Shown here piece after piece: positions 20,237-29,862 of a stretch of 64,000 nucleotides of DNA; the stretch's first letter is position 1; each line of letters begins with the position of its first letter. The translations under genes and the position numbers were made by a program. Origin of the DNA: Bdellovibrio sp. (GTDB lineage: Bacteria; Bdellovibrionota; Bdellovibrionia; Bdellovibrionales; Bdellovibrionaceae); the NCBI GenBank assembly GCA_036676395.1, contig JAKFCY010000002.1, positions 960,001-1,024,000 of the forward strand, written 5' to 3'. Under the pieces are notes generated by a model. It saw nothing but the letters and a program-made list of their open reading frames with translations, made no database searches and was not told the origin of the DNA.

Positions 20237-20650
20237 ATGAAAACATTAGTAACACTTTTAAAAATCGCGATGTTAGTAACAACATTATCGTTTGTAATGT
20301 CTTGTGATAAAAACAACAAGCGCTCAAACAATACAACTACGGCCTACGGTAACCAAATTTATACTTATGGTGCCAACGGACAATGTATCAATAACCAAAC
20401 TGGTCAGCAAATGCCGGTAACGTACTGTCAACAACAGTACAATAACGGTGGTGGTTACGGCCAACAACAATGTAATGGAAATCCTAACTTATATATCTGG
20501 TCATACGCGGATCAATCTTGCGCAAGCCAACCACAATACACAAATGGCCAGCAAATGTGTTGGAAAAGCTGTCAGTATACAAACTGTTCAGGTCAAATGG
20601 CTTACCCAGGTGGATCATCTAATCAACAACAAGGGTATCAGTGCTTATAA
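20237..20650 (+). CDS. Small Cys/Gln/Asn/Tyr-rich lipoprotein
   Basis: AAGGA RBS, lipobox VMSC, eight further Cys in a low-complexity Q/N/G/Y body. Confidence 0.75.
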   Translation: MKTLVTLLKIAMLVTTLSFVMSCDKNNKRSNNTTTAYGNQIYTYGANGQCINNQTGQQMPVTYCQQQYNNGGGYGQQQCNGNPNLYIWSYADQSCASQPQYTNGQQMCWKSCQYTNCSGQMAYPGGSSNQQQGYQCL

Positions 20651-20700
20651 TTTCTTAGCTACTGATTCTTAGTTACTTAAACGTTAATTCATAATTGAAG

Positions 20701-20732
20701 AAGGCTTTGTGTTGATCACAAGGCCTTTTTTT
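20701..20732 (+). terminator. Rho-independent terminator
   Basis: aaggctttgtg-ttgat-cacaaggcctt followed by a T run. Confidence 0.8.
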
Positions 20733-20757
20733 ATATTGCCGTTCCGGCATGCTATTA

Positions 20758-21165
20758 TTATAGGGCTTTGATCTGAGCGCAGATGTTTTTGATTTGGCTC
20801 ATGCATTTTTCACGATCAGCCATTTGAGTTTTAGCGGCTTTATCAGAAATCATTTGAATAGGGCGTTCGCGTTTTTCTAAAGCATAGGCGTAGATATCGC
20901 AGGTGCAGTCTTTATCACAAGTCTCGGCTCTTTGAGCTAAGATTTTAAAATCACCCTCATTAAGTTTTATGGTCTTTTCATCAATCAATGAATGTAAGGC
21001 TTGGCTTTTTTCTGAGACCTGTTGGCTTGAAAGCTTGCATGTGGGTTTGTCAATTTGAGCTAGCAGGGCATTTGAAAGCTGGGCCAGAGACTGTAACGTT
21101 CTGGCCTGAGCTGTTGTCGTAACTAAAAAAAGACTAAATATAGCATATATAATCGTAAGTTTCAT
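20758..21165 (-). CDS. Secreted Cys-rich hypothetical protein
   Basis: ATG 21165 directly after the deacetylase stop, signal peptide, CDKDCTCD motif. Confidence 0.65.
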   Translation of the reverse strand: MKLTIIYAIFSLFLVTTTAQARTLQSLAQLSNALLAQIDKPTCKLSSQQVSEKSQALHSLIDEKTIKLNEGDFKILAQRAETCDKDCTCDIYAYALEKRERPIQMISDKAAKTQMADREKCMSQIKNICAQIKAL

Positions 21166-21166
21166 C

Positions 21167-22618
21167 TTACGGAGTATGATAAGCTTTACCGCGAGACTCT
21201 TCAATTAATTTATGTAATGGTGCAATCGTGTACTTAGATTTTAAGTACTTAATCACCTTATCAGTAGCGATCACCGATTGGGGGTGAATATCGTGAAATA
21301 AAACGATACCGCGACCTAATGAATCAATTTGTTTTTTCGAACGTTGAAAAATTGATTCGGGATTTTTATCTTGCCAGTCTAAGGTGTCCACGTTCCAAGC
21401 AATGTGTAGCATGTTGTTTTTCGCGATCAAAGTGCGGATCGTGCCATTCATCGGGCCACAGGCGCCATAAGGGCAGCGATACATTGTCGGTTTTTCACCA
21501 ACGACTTTAGCAAAATCTGTAGAAGCTCTTGTGATCTCTTTATCTAGTCCTGAAGAACTTTGTTTTGGTAAGTTTGCATGCGTATATGAATGCGATGCGC
21601 GAGAAAATAAGGCGCTCTTCGTTTGTGGAATCGCAGGGTATTTAACAATGTTTTGTGCTTGCCAGAAAAATGTTCCGTGCACATTGTTGGCCGTTAAAGC
21701 ATTGACCATGCCTTGTGTATGTTTTGGCGCAGGGCCATCATCAAAAGTCATCGCCCATTTACCCATCGGGAAGCGGTTGCCGGTTACATGACCTTTGCCA
21801 TCCGGACTTGGATAAAGTTCATCTAAAGCTTGCGGTGTGCGAAAGCTATTGTTTGTGTTTAAGAATTCTTGTTCAGATTCATTCGAACGTTCTTTCAAAT
21901 ATTCGGTGAATTTATTTTCGATAAAAGTATCAAGATGAGTTTTCTTGCGATTGGCCACTAACCATTTTGAACGTTTGTGAGCTTCGGCAAGCATGGCTTG
22001 TGATGGTTTTAAGTAAGCCGCAAAAGACGGGGCTTTGACTTTAGCTTGTTCAGTGCCAAACTGCACATTCACATCATTTAGATTTTGTGCTAAAACGATA
22101 ATTGCAGATTTATCGCCTTTTTTCCAGGCTTCATCAACCCATTTTTTAACGTTAGCCACGATCCACTTACAAGATTTTTGGTAAGGTGAACCTTCAGTAT
22201 TAGCATGTTTTAAAGCTAAGTAATAAAGATCTAACATCTCATGCAGATTACGTTCTGAAAATTCCCAGGCGATTAAATTTTGAAAACGAATTTTTGTAAA
22301 CTCATTCACATCTTCAGTGGTTAATTGTTCGCCGATTTGTTTTTTGTTGTAGATCACATCTAATTTTTCATCAAATGAAAATAACAACTGTTGGGCGACA
22401 TAGAAAAAGCTTCTTTGGCGATCTAAGTAGTTGGCAAAATCACGTGATTTTTCGCCATCATTTGGATTAGACATTAATTTTTCAAATGTACGTAAGTTTT
22501 TTTGTTCTTCATCTTCATATTCGTATGAAGCTGTCGTTCTGGCTTCGTCTTTACGCCATGTCTGGCAAGAGAATGTAAATAGCAATGCTAATGCTGTAAA
22601 AATCTTCATTGATCTCAT
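21167..22618 (-). CDS. Polysaccharide (peptidoglycan GlcNAc) deacetylase, CE4, lipoprotein with long helical N-terminal domain
   Basis: TFDDGP, HSYTH, RCPYG, WNVDTLDW, LFHD, lipobox TFSC. Confidence 0.9.
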   Translation of the reverse strand: MRSMKIFTALALLFTFSCQTWRKDEARTTASYEYEDEEQKNLRTFEKLMSNPNDGEKSRDFANYLDRQRSFFYVAQQLLFSFDEKLDVIYNKKQIGEQLTTEDVNEFTKIRFQNLIAWEFSERNLHEMLDLYYLALKHANTEGSPYQKSCKWIVANVKKWVDEAWKKGDKSAIIVLAQNLNDVNVQFGTEQAKVKAPSFAAYLKPSQAMLAEAHKRSKWLVANRKKTHLDTFIENKFTEYLKERSNESEQEFLNTNNSFRTPQALDELYPSPDGKGHVTGNRFPMGKWAMTFDDGPAPKHTQGMVNALTANNVHGTFFWQAQNIVKYPAIPQTKSALFSRASHSYTHANLPKQSSSGLDKEITRASTDFAKVVGEKPTMYRCPYGACGPMNGTIRTLIAKNNMLHIAWNVDTLDWQDKNPESIFQRSKKQIDSLGRGIVLFHDIHPQSVIATDKVIKYLKSKYTIAPLHKLIEESRGKAYHTP

Positions 22619-22666
22619 TGAAAAGAGCTCCTTTTAGTTTATGTAATATTTTTATCTAACACGGCT

Positions 22667-22694
22667 TTATCGGCCATTTTACGGCAGGGCTAAA
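22667..22694 (-). promoter_or_regulatory. Candidate sigma28 (FliA) promoter for the deacetylase
   Basis: Minus strand TTTAG-N15-GCCGATAA with a perfect -10 box. Confidence 0.65.
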
Positions 22695-22797
22695 TGTAAC
22701 AATTCTGGCCTTAGTGATAGATTTAATTCCAAAAGAGTTTATCACGCGCAATATATTAGCCTTTAGGACTGGTCTTTATATTGTAGTCATCAGACGT

Positions 22798-23472
22798 ATG
22801 AAAACAATGATTGTAAAAACACTATTCACTTTTATTTTAACGACCTTAACTGCGGGTATGCTTCAGGCACAGACGGCTAAGCTGCACCCGACGATTTACT
22901 ATATTAAATCTATTGAAATGGATTCGCAAAACTGTAGCTCGAAAAAGACAATCTATTCAACGGCGGGTAAGGCCTTACATAAGGTGTGTGCAAACGACTA
23001 TAAGACCTGTGTGATCGAAGGCACGTGCGCCATCATCGATGACGAAACGACAGTGATTAATTATATCGAGCAAAAAGCGGGTGTGCCTTTATTTAAAGAA
23101 GTTGATAAAAATAAATGCCCTTATGGTTTAGGCGTTAAAAATATCTGTTTAGATCCTTACTACACCGTAGCCGCCGATCTAAAGTATCATAACCCGGGTG
23201 ATGTGATCTTTGTTGAAGAGATGAAGGGCACCAAGCTTCCGAATGGTGAAGTGCATGATGGCTTTTTTATTGTGCGTGATCGCGGCGGTGCGATTAAGGG
23301 GGCTAATCGTTTTGATTTTTACACTGGGCTTTTGCATTATAAAAATGAGGATAATCCATTTACATCGCTTGGATTTTCAAATGAAAAAGCGTCTTTTCCT
23401 TATAGAAAAGCGACGACGTCTGAAACTTTATCTGTAAAAAAATCGCGAAACTATCCGGGGCTGCCTTTATAG
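22798..23472 (+). CDS. Secreted 3D-domain (MltA-like) protein
   Basis: TVAAD...GDVIFV...VRDRGGAIKG.NRFDFYTG three-Asp motif, signal peptide. Confidence 0.82.
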   Translation: MKTMIVKTLFTFILTTLTAGMLQAQTAKLHPTIYYIKSIEMDSQNCSSKKTIYSTAGKALHKVCANDYKTCVIEGTCAIIDDETTVINYIEQKAGVPLFKEVDKNKCPYGLGVKNICLDPYYTVAADLKYHNPGDVIFVEEMKGTKLPNGEVHDGFFIVRDRGGAIKGANRFDFYTGLLHYKNEDNPFTSLGFSNEKASFPYRKATTSETLSVKKSRNYPGLPL

Positions 23473-25116
23473 TTAAAGGGCGCCCGAATTGATTTCAAGA
23501 TATGCCGGTTTTGACCAGTCAGAAACTTGTTCTTTGTCTTCGCCAGATTCAGCGCGAACACGCCAGAAATATTGACCAGCAGGGATGTTCTCTTGAACTA
23601 GAACCTTGTTCTTGTTGGTTGAATAAGATTTAAATAAATTCGAGAAATTTTCGTCTTTGGCAATCTCAACGCGGAAGGTGTCTGATTTTTTGTTTTCAGG
23701 TGCCATCCATTTTAACCAGATGTATTTGCCTAAACCTTTTTGAAAGAAAAACTGTAAGCTTGAAGCTGTTTTTTCAATCACCGGTGTTTTCATATCAAAT
23801 AGACGGTTATAGATCACTTCGCCGAACTTACTTGTTGAGCTGATTTTGCGCTCAGCTTTGCTGTAAGCAGAAACACGGTACTTATATTGGCCTTGCCCTG
23901 GAATTTTAATCGCAGAAGCGGGTTCGCGAGTAGTGTAAGAAGTCGCATTTGAGAAATCGCCATCTTTAGTGTCGACTTCAACAACGTATTTATCTGCATT
24001 CGGTACATCAGTCCATTTAACATTAAACTTTTTCGCAGGGCCTATATCTTTTGAGCTTTTCGCGATGTAATCGTAAACGATTTTGTCGCTTTTAATTTTA
24101 ATAGAAGGGTAGACTAATTCAATTTGTCCGGTTTGCGAATATTCGCTGGTCGCATTGTTATTACCCACTGATTTTAAGCGGTAATAAACTTGATCACCTG
24201 TAAGATTTTCGATTTTAGAAATTGAAGCCGGAGTGCGTGAAACCACAGGGTTTGTGAACTCTGGGTTATCAGCTGTTTCTAAGATATATTCTTTAGCGTT
24301 TTCAGCTTTTACCCACGAGGCTGCGGGGATTTTATCTTTAGCAACGATGATACGCGCTTTTTGTCTAAGTAATTGCGGCGGAAGAAGCGGCTTAGTTTCG
24401 GCTTCGATCTTTTTTTGCACTTCTTCGGGTTTCATTTCGTTAATTTTTGCAACTTCTACAGCTGGAAGCGATTCTAATTTAACGATGGCTTCATTAATAA
24501 TAGGCTTATCGATTAATTTAACAATCGGAGGCGGGGCTACGATAAGTTCTTTATTTTTAGTAACAACTTTATCGTTAACTTTAACTTCACCTTTTTTAGT
24601 TTTAACCTGGATTTTACCGCATTCAGAAGATTTACCGATCTCTAGATCAGTGTCACCTTTTGCTGATTGGATATCTAATGATTTACCGCAGTCGTCTAAA
24701 ACTAACTTAGCCGGTAAATTTTGTGATTTAATAGAACCGTATTGTAAATTAAGTTTAACTTTGTCACCTTCGGTTTTGAACTTGATTAATGAGTTCGCGC
24801 CAATAGTGATTGAAGTGCCGTCTTCGAAGTTAACAACAATAGATGAATCAGGGCCCACGAATAAACTATCACCCTGAACAATAGAATCATCACTGCGGGC
24901 GTTTTCCCAAAAAATATTTTTAGTACCACGCAAACGAACGTCAGATTCAACCGTAGAAACTACACCGATCTCATCGCCCGAAGCAGATCTTCCGCCGATA
25001 TTAAAGAATGAAAAATCAGTGTGAAGGGCATAAAAGCCGATCAACAGTCCGATCACGCAGACGTATATCGTTATTGAGTCTTCTTTAAAGAATTTTTCAA
25101 ACTTCTGAAATTTCAT
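23473..25116 (-). CDS. FecR-domain protein with C-terminal FN3-like domains
   Basis: N-terminal TM, GDSLFVGPDS...FEDGTSITIGANSLI FecR pattern, repeated W...Y.(L/V)E......F...Y.(Y/W)R(V/L) FN3-like units. Confidence 0.8.
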   Translation of the reverse strand: MKFQKFEKFFKEDSITIYVCVIGLLIGFYALHTDFSFFNIGGRSASGDEIGVVSTVESDVRLRGTKNIFWENARSDDSIVQGDSLFVGPDSSIVVNFEDGTSITIGANSLIKFKTEGDKVKLNLQYGSIKSQNLPAKLVLDDCGKSLDIQSAKGDTDLEIGKSSECGKIQVKTKKGEVKVNDKVVTKNKELIVAPPPIVKLIDKPIINEAIVKLESLPAVEVAKINEMKPEEVQKKIEAETKPLLPPQLLRQKARIIVAKDKIPAASWVKAENAKEYILETADNPEFTNPVVSRTPASISKIENLTGDQVYYRLKSVGNNNATSEYSQTGQIELVYPSIKIKSDKIVYDYIAKSSKDIGPAKKFNVKWTDVPNADKYVVEVDTKDGDFSNATSYTTREPASAIKIPGQGQYKYRVSAYSKAERKISSTSKFGEVIYNRLFDMKTPVIEKTASSLQFFFQKGLGKYIWLKWMAPENKKSDTFRVEIAKDENFSNLFKSYSTNKNKVLVQENIPAGQYFWRVRAESGEDKEQVSDWSKPAYLEINSGAL

Positions 25117-25279
25117 GTGTATATTATCGACACGAATGCTTCATTTCATAATAGCCTTTAGGCCAGTATTGATTATATTTTCTCTTGTTTATATATAGAT
25201 GGGTGAAGCCCAGACCTGAGCATTGGTCCAATTTTAGACACTTTGGCGCCCCAAAAGGTGTAAACTTTTAATAATATTT

Positions 25280-25307
25280 TAAAGTCCAATATATGAGGCT
25301 CCGAGAA
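25280..25307 (+). promoter_or_regulatory. Candidate sigma28 (FliA) promoter for the diguanylate cyclase
   Basis: TAAAG-N15-TCCGAGAA immediately upstream of GTG 25315. Confidence 0.5.
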
Positions 25308-25314
25308 GGTTAAC

Positions 25315-26694
25315 GTGGAAGATAATGTTTTTTCTTTTTTTTCAGAGTATTACGATTCTATACAGGATCCTGTCTGTATTTTTGATCGCGATGGTTTCGT
25401 TGCTTACTGTAACGAGAGCTTTTCTGCCTTAACGGGCACTTCGCAGATTCGTTTTTTAAATAAAAAAACGACTGTATTTAATTCTATTGTATCAGTTGAT
25501 GATAAAGCTTTTGATCTTGCCCGCGTCGAAGAATTTTGCAGTTTCAGCGGTGTTAGTATCTTAAAGTTTGAAACTAAAAAAGTACTTAGAGGGCTTGGGC
25601 AGTTTGCGATTCGTAAATTGACTTTACCGCCGCATGAAAACTTATTTCAGTTAACATTAAAAGACTTATCGATTGAAGAAGATCTGGTTAAAACTTTTCG
25701 TTTTGAATTAGCTTCGCGTAACAAAAAAATCGACGAGATGAATCAATTAGTAGAAATCTTTCAAAAGATTCGTCTATTAGACGAGCCTGGCTTAATTGTG
25801 AATGAGTTCATGAATTACCAATTAACATTTTCTCAGTTTTGTGCAGCGGCAAGCCGTGTAAATAAAACGATGACGATGATTTATGGTGGCCAGGAAAATA
25901 TGAATCCTGAATTCTTAGAAGTTCAAAAAGAAATCGAAGCGCATTTAGCAACTAATGTGGTTTCTAAGTATCAGACGCAAAAATCAGCAGTTAAAAATAC
26001 ATCTACTGACAGTAATTATTACTGGTCATTGGTTCCGTTTAAATTAGCAACTGATGTTATGCATGCAATCTTTATTTTTGATTCAGCTGAGCAAATGAAT
26101 AAGTTTTCGCATCAATCAGCTATTATCCTGAGTGAGCAGCTGAATTTAATTTTGAATAATTTAACGTTAAAAGAACTTTCATACACTGATGGTTTAACTA
26201 AACTTAAAAACAATCTTTACTTTAGAAAAAAAATCGAAGAAGTTTGTTCGAGCAATCAAAATGCCCAGCTTGTTTTATTTGATGTGGATTTCTTCAAAAA
26301 AATTAATGACGGTTACGGCCATCCAGGTGGCGACGCCGTATTGATTTTCTTAGGTGAAATTATTCCGCAAGTGATGCAAAAAGTGAATCCAGACTTTTTA
26401 GTATCAACTATCGCCCGCGTGGGTGGTGAAGAATTTGCGATTGTTATTCCTGAAAAAGATCAGGAATTTGCCAATATGTTCGCAGAATCACTGCGTACAG
26501 CTATCGAAGCATCGACGGTGATGTTTAACGATATCGCGATTAAGTTTACGATTAGTCTGGGTGTCTCGTCTTGGACGCCGAAGAATTCGTTTTCACCCGA
26601 GGCCGTTAAGTTATTGTATAAAGCGGCAGATGATGCTCTTTACAATTCTAAACGTACAGGGCGCAACAAGGTTTCGTTACTTAACGTAGCTTAA
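25315..26694 (+). CDS. Diguanylate cyclase (PAS-like N-terminus, GGEEF)
   Basis: TDGLT, FDVDFFKKINDGYGHPGGD, ARVGGEEF, ADDALY.SKR.GRN. No RxxD I-site. Confidence 0.93.
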   Translation: MEDNVFSFFSEYYDSIQDPVCIFDRDGFVAYCNESFSALTGTSQIRFLNKKTTVFNSIVSVDDKAFDLARVEEFCSFSGVSILKFETKKVLRGLGQFAIRKLTLPPHENLFQLTLKDLSIEEDLVKTFRFELASRNKKIDEMNQLVEIFQKIRLLDEPGLIVNEFMNYQLTFSQFCAAASRVNKTMTMIYGGQENMNPEFLEVQKEIEAHLATNVVSKYQTQKSAVKNTSTDSNYYWSLVPFKLATDVMHAIFIFDSAEQMNKFSHQSAIILSEQLNLILNNLTLKELSYTDGLTKLKNNLYFRKKIEEVCSSNQNAQLVLFDVDFFKKINDGYGHPGGDAVLIFLGEIIPQVMQKVNPDFLVSTIARVGGEEFAIVIPEKDQEFANMFAESLRTAIEASTVMFNDIAIKFTISLGVSSWTPKNSFSPEAVKLLYKAADDALYNSKRTGRNKVSLLNVA

Positions 26695-26833
26695 TATTGG
26701 CTGCGCTTGCGAGCAGCTATTTAGTGTCACAACCAATGTAACATAATTTCTTTTGTCTCAGATTTGCAAGTGTGCTCGCTCTTTAGCTAGTCTATGTTGA
26801 TAAACGTGCGGGCATCTCGTACCTTAGAAGGTA

Positions 26834-28624
26834 ATGAATTCATCAATTAAACGAAAAATCATGTTTCTACTGAGTATCACCAGTTTACTTTCTTCAAGCG
26901 TTTTTTTGATCTATTCAATCAACGTCTTTGAGAAAGATAAAATTGCTTACATCTATGATAGCAATAGTGTGTACTTAGAAACTATTACGAACCAGTTTAA
27001 GAATGAATTAAAATTATCAGCAGAAATTTCAAAAAAATACCTATCTGAATACCAAAGAAATAAAGCTTTTCGTTCTGGCGACAGTATTTTCTTAGAGGAC
27101 GATTCGTTCGTTAAAGGATTATTCTTGGTTGATATCACTTCACAGGCCCAGCCAAAGCTTGTTGATAAAATCACAACGAAAGCCAACTTTACTTTTAAGC
27201 TTACAGAAGATGTGGGTTTCATTAAATCAATTGCAAGAACACTAGCAGATTCAAAATCAATGTTCTTGGGTGGTGAAGAAGTTTTTGTCAGCGATATCGT
27301 TTATGATGGTGATGAAAAGATTGCGTTAGTGACGGTATTCAAATCGGATGCCTTACAAAGTTTTTTCGAATCTGATAAAGCATATAGTTCATTCATGATC
27401 AACATGAATGGTGAAGTGTTTCGCCAAACGCAAAACTTAAACGCAGGTTATTTAAAAGAGCAATTTCCTGATCTGTTTAAAAAACTGGATTCAATCAAAA
27501 TGGGAACCAGCGAAATTACCTCGCAAGATTCTGACGAGTGGTTGTTATCGTCTTCAGGCCTTGGTTTAAATGATTTGTATCTATTAACGCTGACGAATAA
27601 AAAAGAAGCCTTTGGGGTTTTGACGTATTTAATTAATAAATCGTTAATCGTGTTTTTAATGGTTTTATCCGGAGTGGTCTTGGTAAGCCAGTTTGCATCA
27701 ACTTATATTACCAAACGTATTTTAGTTCTTTACGATGCCGCGAAACAAATCATCAGCGGTAATTTTAAAGTAAATATTGAAGTTAAAGGTAATGACGAGA
27801 TTTCGTTATTGTCGCAGACGTTCAATCATATGGCGGTCGAGATTGTTAAACTTTTAGAAGATACCGCGCAAAGTGCGCGTCTTGAGGCCGAGCTTAAAAC
27901 GGCCCAAGCGGTGCAACAAACGCTATTTCCTCCGTCGCATTCAAAATTTGAATGTGGCGAAATCCATGGTTCATACCAATCAGCTTCTGAGTGCGGCGGC
28001 GACTGGTGGCACTATTTTGAAAGCGAAACTAAAATTTGGGTATGGATGGCTGATGCCACAGGACATGGTGCACCTGCCGCTTTAATTACGAGTGCGATTA
28101 AGTCTGCGGTGGCAATGACCGAGAATTTAAAAATGGAGCCGGCTATAGCTATTGAGCTGGTTAATAAGTCAATTTGCCAAGTTTCAAAAAATAAAATGAT
28201 GATGACTTGCTTTTTAGGTGTGATCGATAAGACGTCTAAAGTTATTCATTACGTCAATGCCTCTCATGAAGCGCCATTTATCTTAAGCAAGCGCACCGAT
28301 TTAAAGAAAAAAGATTTACGCTTTTTGGATAATTCTAAATGTAATCGTTTAGGGCAATCTGCGACTTCAGAATATACGGTCGCAAGTGAACAATTAGAGG
28401 CTGGCGATCGCATTTTTGTTTATACTGATGGTATTCCTGATATCCGAAATAAAGCTGAAGAGTCATTACAAGAGCGCGGTATGTTTAGAGTGGTTTTAGA
28501 AAACCATAATAAAGGCGTCGGTGTTACTGAGTTCATTACTGGCATTCAGGCTCAATTTGATACCTACCGTGAAAATACAGAGCTTATCGATGACGTTACT
28601 TTCTTTGCTGTGGATTTAACATGA
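26834..28624 (+). CDS. Membrane PP2C/SpoIIE Ser/Thr phosphatase with periplasmic domain and HAMP
   Basis: Two TMs, HAMP (NDEISLL...FNHM), CGGDWW, ADATGHGAPAA, YTDG, DDVT. Confidence 0.93.
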   Translation: MNSSIKRKIMFLLSITSLLSSSVFLIYSINVFEKDKIAYIYDSNSVYLETITNQFKNELKLSAEISKKYLSEYQRNKAFRSGDSIFLEDDSFVKGLFLVDITSQAQPKLVDKITTKANFTFKLTEDVGFIKSIARTLADSKSMFLGGEEVFVSDIVYDGDEKIALVTVFKSDALQSFFESDKAYSSFMINMNGEVFRQTQNLNAGYLKEQFPDLFKKLDSIKMGTSEITSQDSDEWLLSSSGLGLNDLYLLTLTNKKEAFGVLTYLINKSLIVFLMVLSGVVLVSQFASTYITKRILVLYDAAKQIISGNFKVNIEVKGNDEISLLSQTFNHMAVEIVKLLEDTAQSARLEAELKTAQAVQQTLFPPSHSKFECGEIHGSYQSASECGGDWWHYFESETKIWVWMADATGHGAPAALITSAIKSAVAMTENLKMEPAIAIELVNKSICQVSKNKMMMTCFLGVIDKTSKVIHYVNASHEAPFILSKRTDLKKKDLRFLDNSKCNRLGQSATSEYTVASEQLEAGDRIFVYTDGIPDIRNKAEESLQERGMFRVVLENHNKGVGVTEFITGIQAQFDTYRENTELIDDVTFFAVDLT

Positions 28625-29382
28625 GTAATATATTTCACTTAGGTAAAGTTGAAGCCGACAAACAAGTCACTGATGTATTCGGTGATAGCGAACTTTCTTG
28701 CAATTATAAAGTGACTGACAATATGTCTGCATTAGATTGTTTAAGCTTAATACGTGACCGTAAGGTGACTCATATTGTGCAAAATTCAATACAGGGCTTA
28801 ACAGATAAATTACAATTTTTAAAAGCTGTAGATTATAAACGCGAAGACTATTTTGACCCGAATTTAAGTTTATTAAATACAGATGTAGTGTGTGTGCCAT
28901 TTACTTTAACTGAAGACCGTTCAGATGTGATTCAAAAAGCTTTTTCTTTAGCGTATTTAGATTTAGACATGACCAAGTACCAATATTTATTTCAGGTGGC
29001 CACAGAGCTTGTGATGAATGCCCAGATCGATGCCCCCAAGATTTCTCAAAAAACAAGTGTTCCGAATTCGATGTTAATTGTTGAAAAGAATATGGCTAAA
29101 GGGCTTGTTTCAATTTCTACAATTGATCATTACGGCAGCCTTGACCCATACAAAATGTTAGAAAATATCTATGCCGCCCATATGCATGGATTTCGTGATT
29201 CGATGTCAAAAAATTCAATCGGTGCAGGCTTAGGCTCAGCGTTGATTTATGAGCACGTCGATTCATTAATTATGGGGGTTGTGCCTGATGTGATGACTCG
29301 CGTTTCGGCGGTGTTGCCTTACGGTATTTCCGAGAAAAAAATTAACCAAATTCAAAAATCTATACATATCATTAAGGGATAA
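28621..29382 (+). CDS. HATPase-fold protein (anti-sigma-factor-like Ser kinase)
   Basis: TELVMNA N-box, IDHYGSL G1-like box, GAGLG G2 box. ATGA overlap with the phosphatase gene. Confidence 0.7.
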   Translation: MSNIFHLGKVEADKQVTDVFGDSELSCNYKVTDNMSALDCLSLIRDRKVTHIVQNSIQGLTDKLQFLKAVDYKREDYFDPNLSLLNTDVVCVPFTLTEDRSDVIQKAFSLAYLDLDMTKYQYLFQVATELVMNAQIDAPKISQKTSVPNSMLIVEKNMAKGLVSISTIDHYGSLDPYKMLENIYAAHMHGFRDSMSKNSIGAGLGSALIYEHVDSLIMGVVPDVMTRVSAVLPYGISEKKINQIQKSIHIIKG

Positions 29383-29386
29383 AAAT

Positions 29387-29857
29387 ATGTCAAAACTACA
29401 GTTCTCGACAGCACAAGAAAATGGAAAAACAGTTCTAACATTAATCGGGCAAATTGATGAAAGTTTTCCGCAAGAACTTCACAATTTAAAACCCGCTGGC
29501 GATATGGTTATCAACATGGACCAGGTTAAGATGATCAATTCTTTAGGAATTCGTGAGTGGATCAAATTTATGGGCTCGGTCTCAGCAACAAAAATTGAAT
29601 TTGTGAAATGCCCTAAAATTTTTATTGATCAGGTAAATATGGTTCAGGGTTTTATTACTCCGAACTGCAAAATCACATCTTTTTATGTGCCCTACTTTAA
29701 CGAAGACAGTAACGTTGAAAAAAATGTGCTTTATTCATTCGGCAAAGAATTCGGCGATGGCTTTTTAAATGTAGCTGGTAGCACTAAAGGTGATGACGGC
29801 AGTGAATTAGACTTAGACGTTGTTGAGCAAAAATATTTCAAATTTTTAAAGAATTGA
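29387..29857 (+). CDS. STAS-like (anti-anti-sigma) protein
   Basis: LIGQIDE...INMDQVKMINSLGIREW matches the STAS fold with a phospho-acceptor Ser. Confidence 0.72.
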   Translation: MSKLQFSTAQENGKTVLTLIGQIDESFPQELHNLKPAGDMVINMDQVKMINSLGIREWIKFMGSVSATKIEFVKCPKIFIDQVNMVQGFITPNCKITSFYVPYFNEDSNVEKNVLYSFGKEFGDGFLNVAGSTKGDDGSELDLDVVEQKYFKFLKN

Positions 29858-29862
29858 GAGCA

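Noticed and set aside
24233..24877. 214-aa plus-strand ORF
   Set aside because: Antisense shadow of the FecR-domain gene, no motifs.
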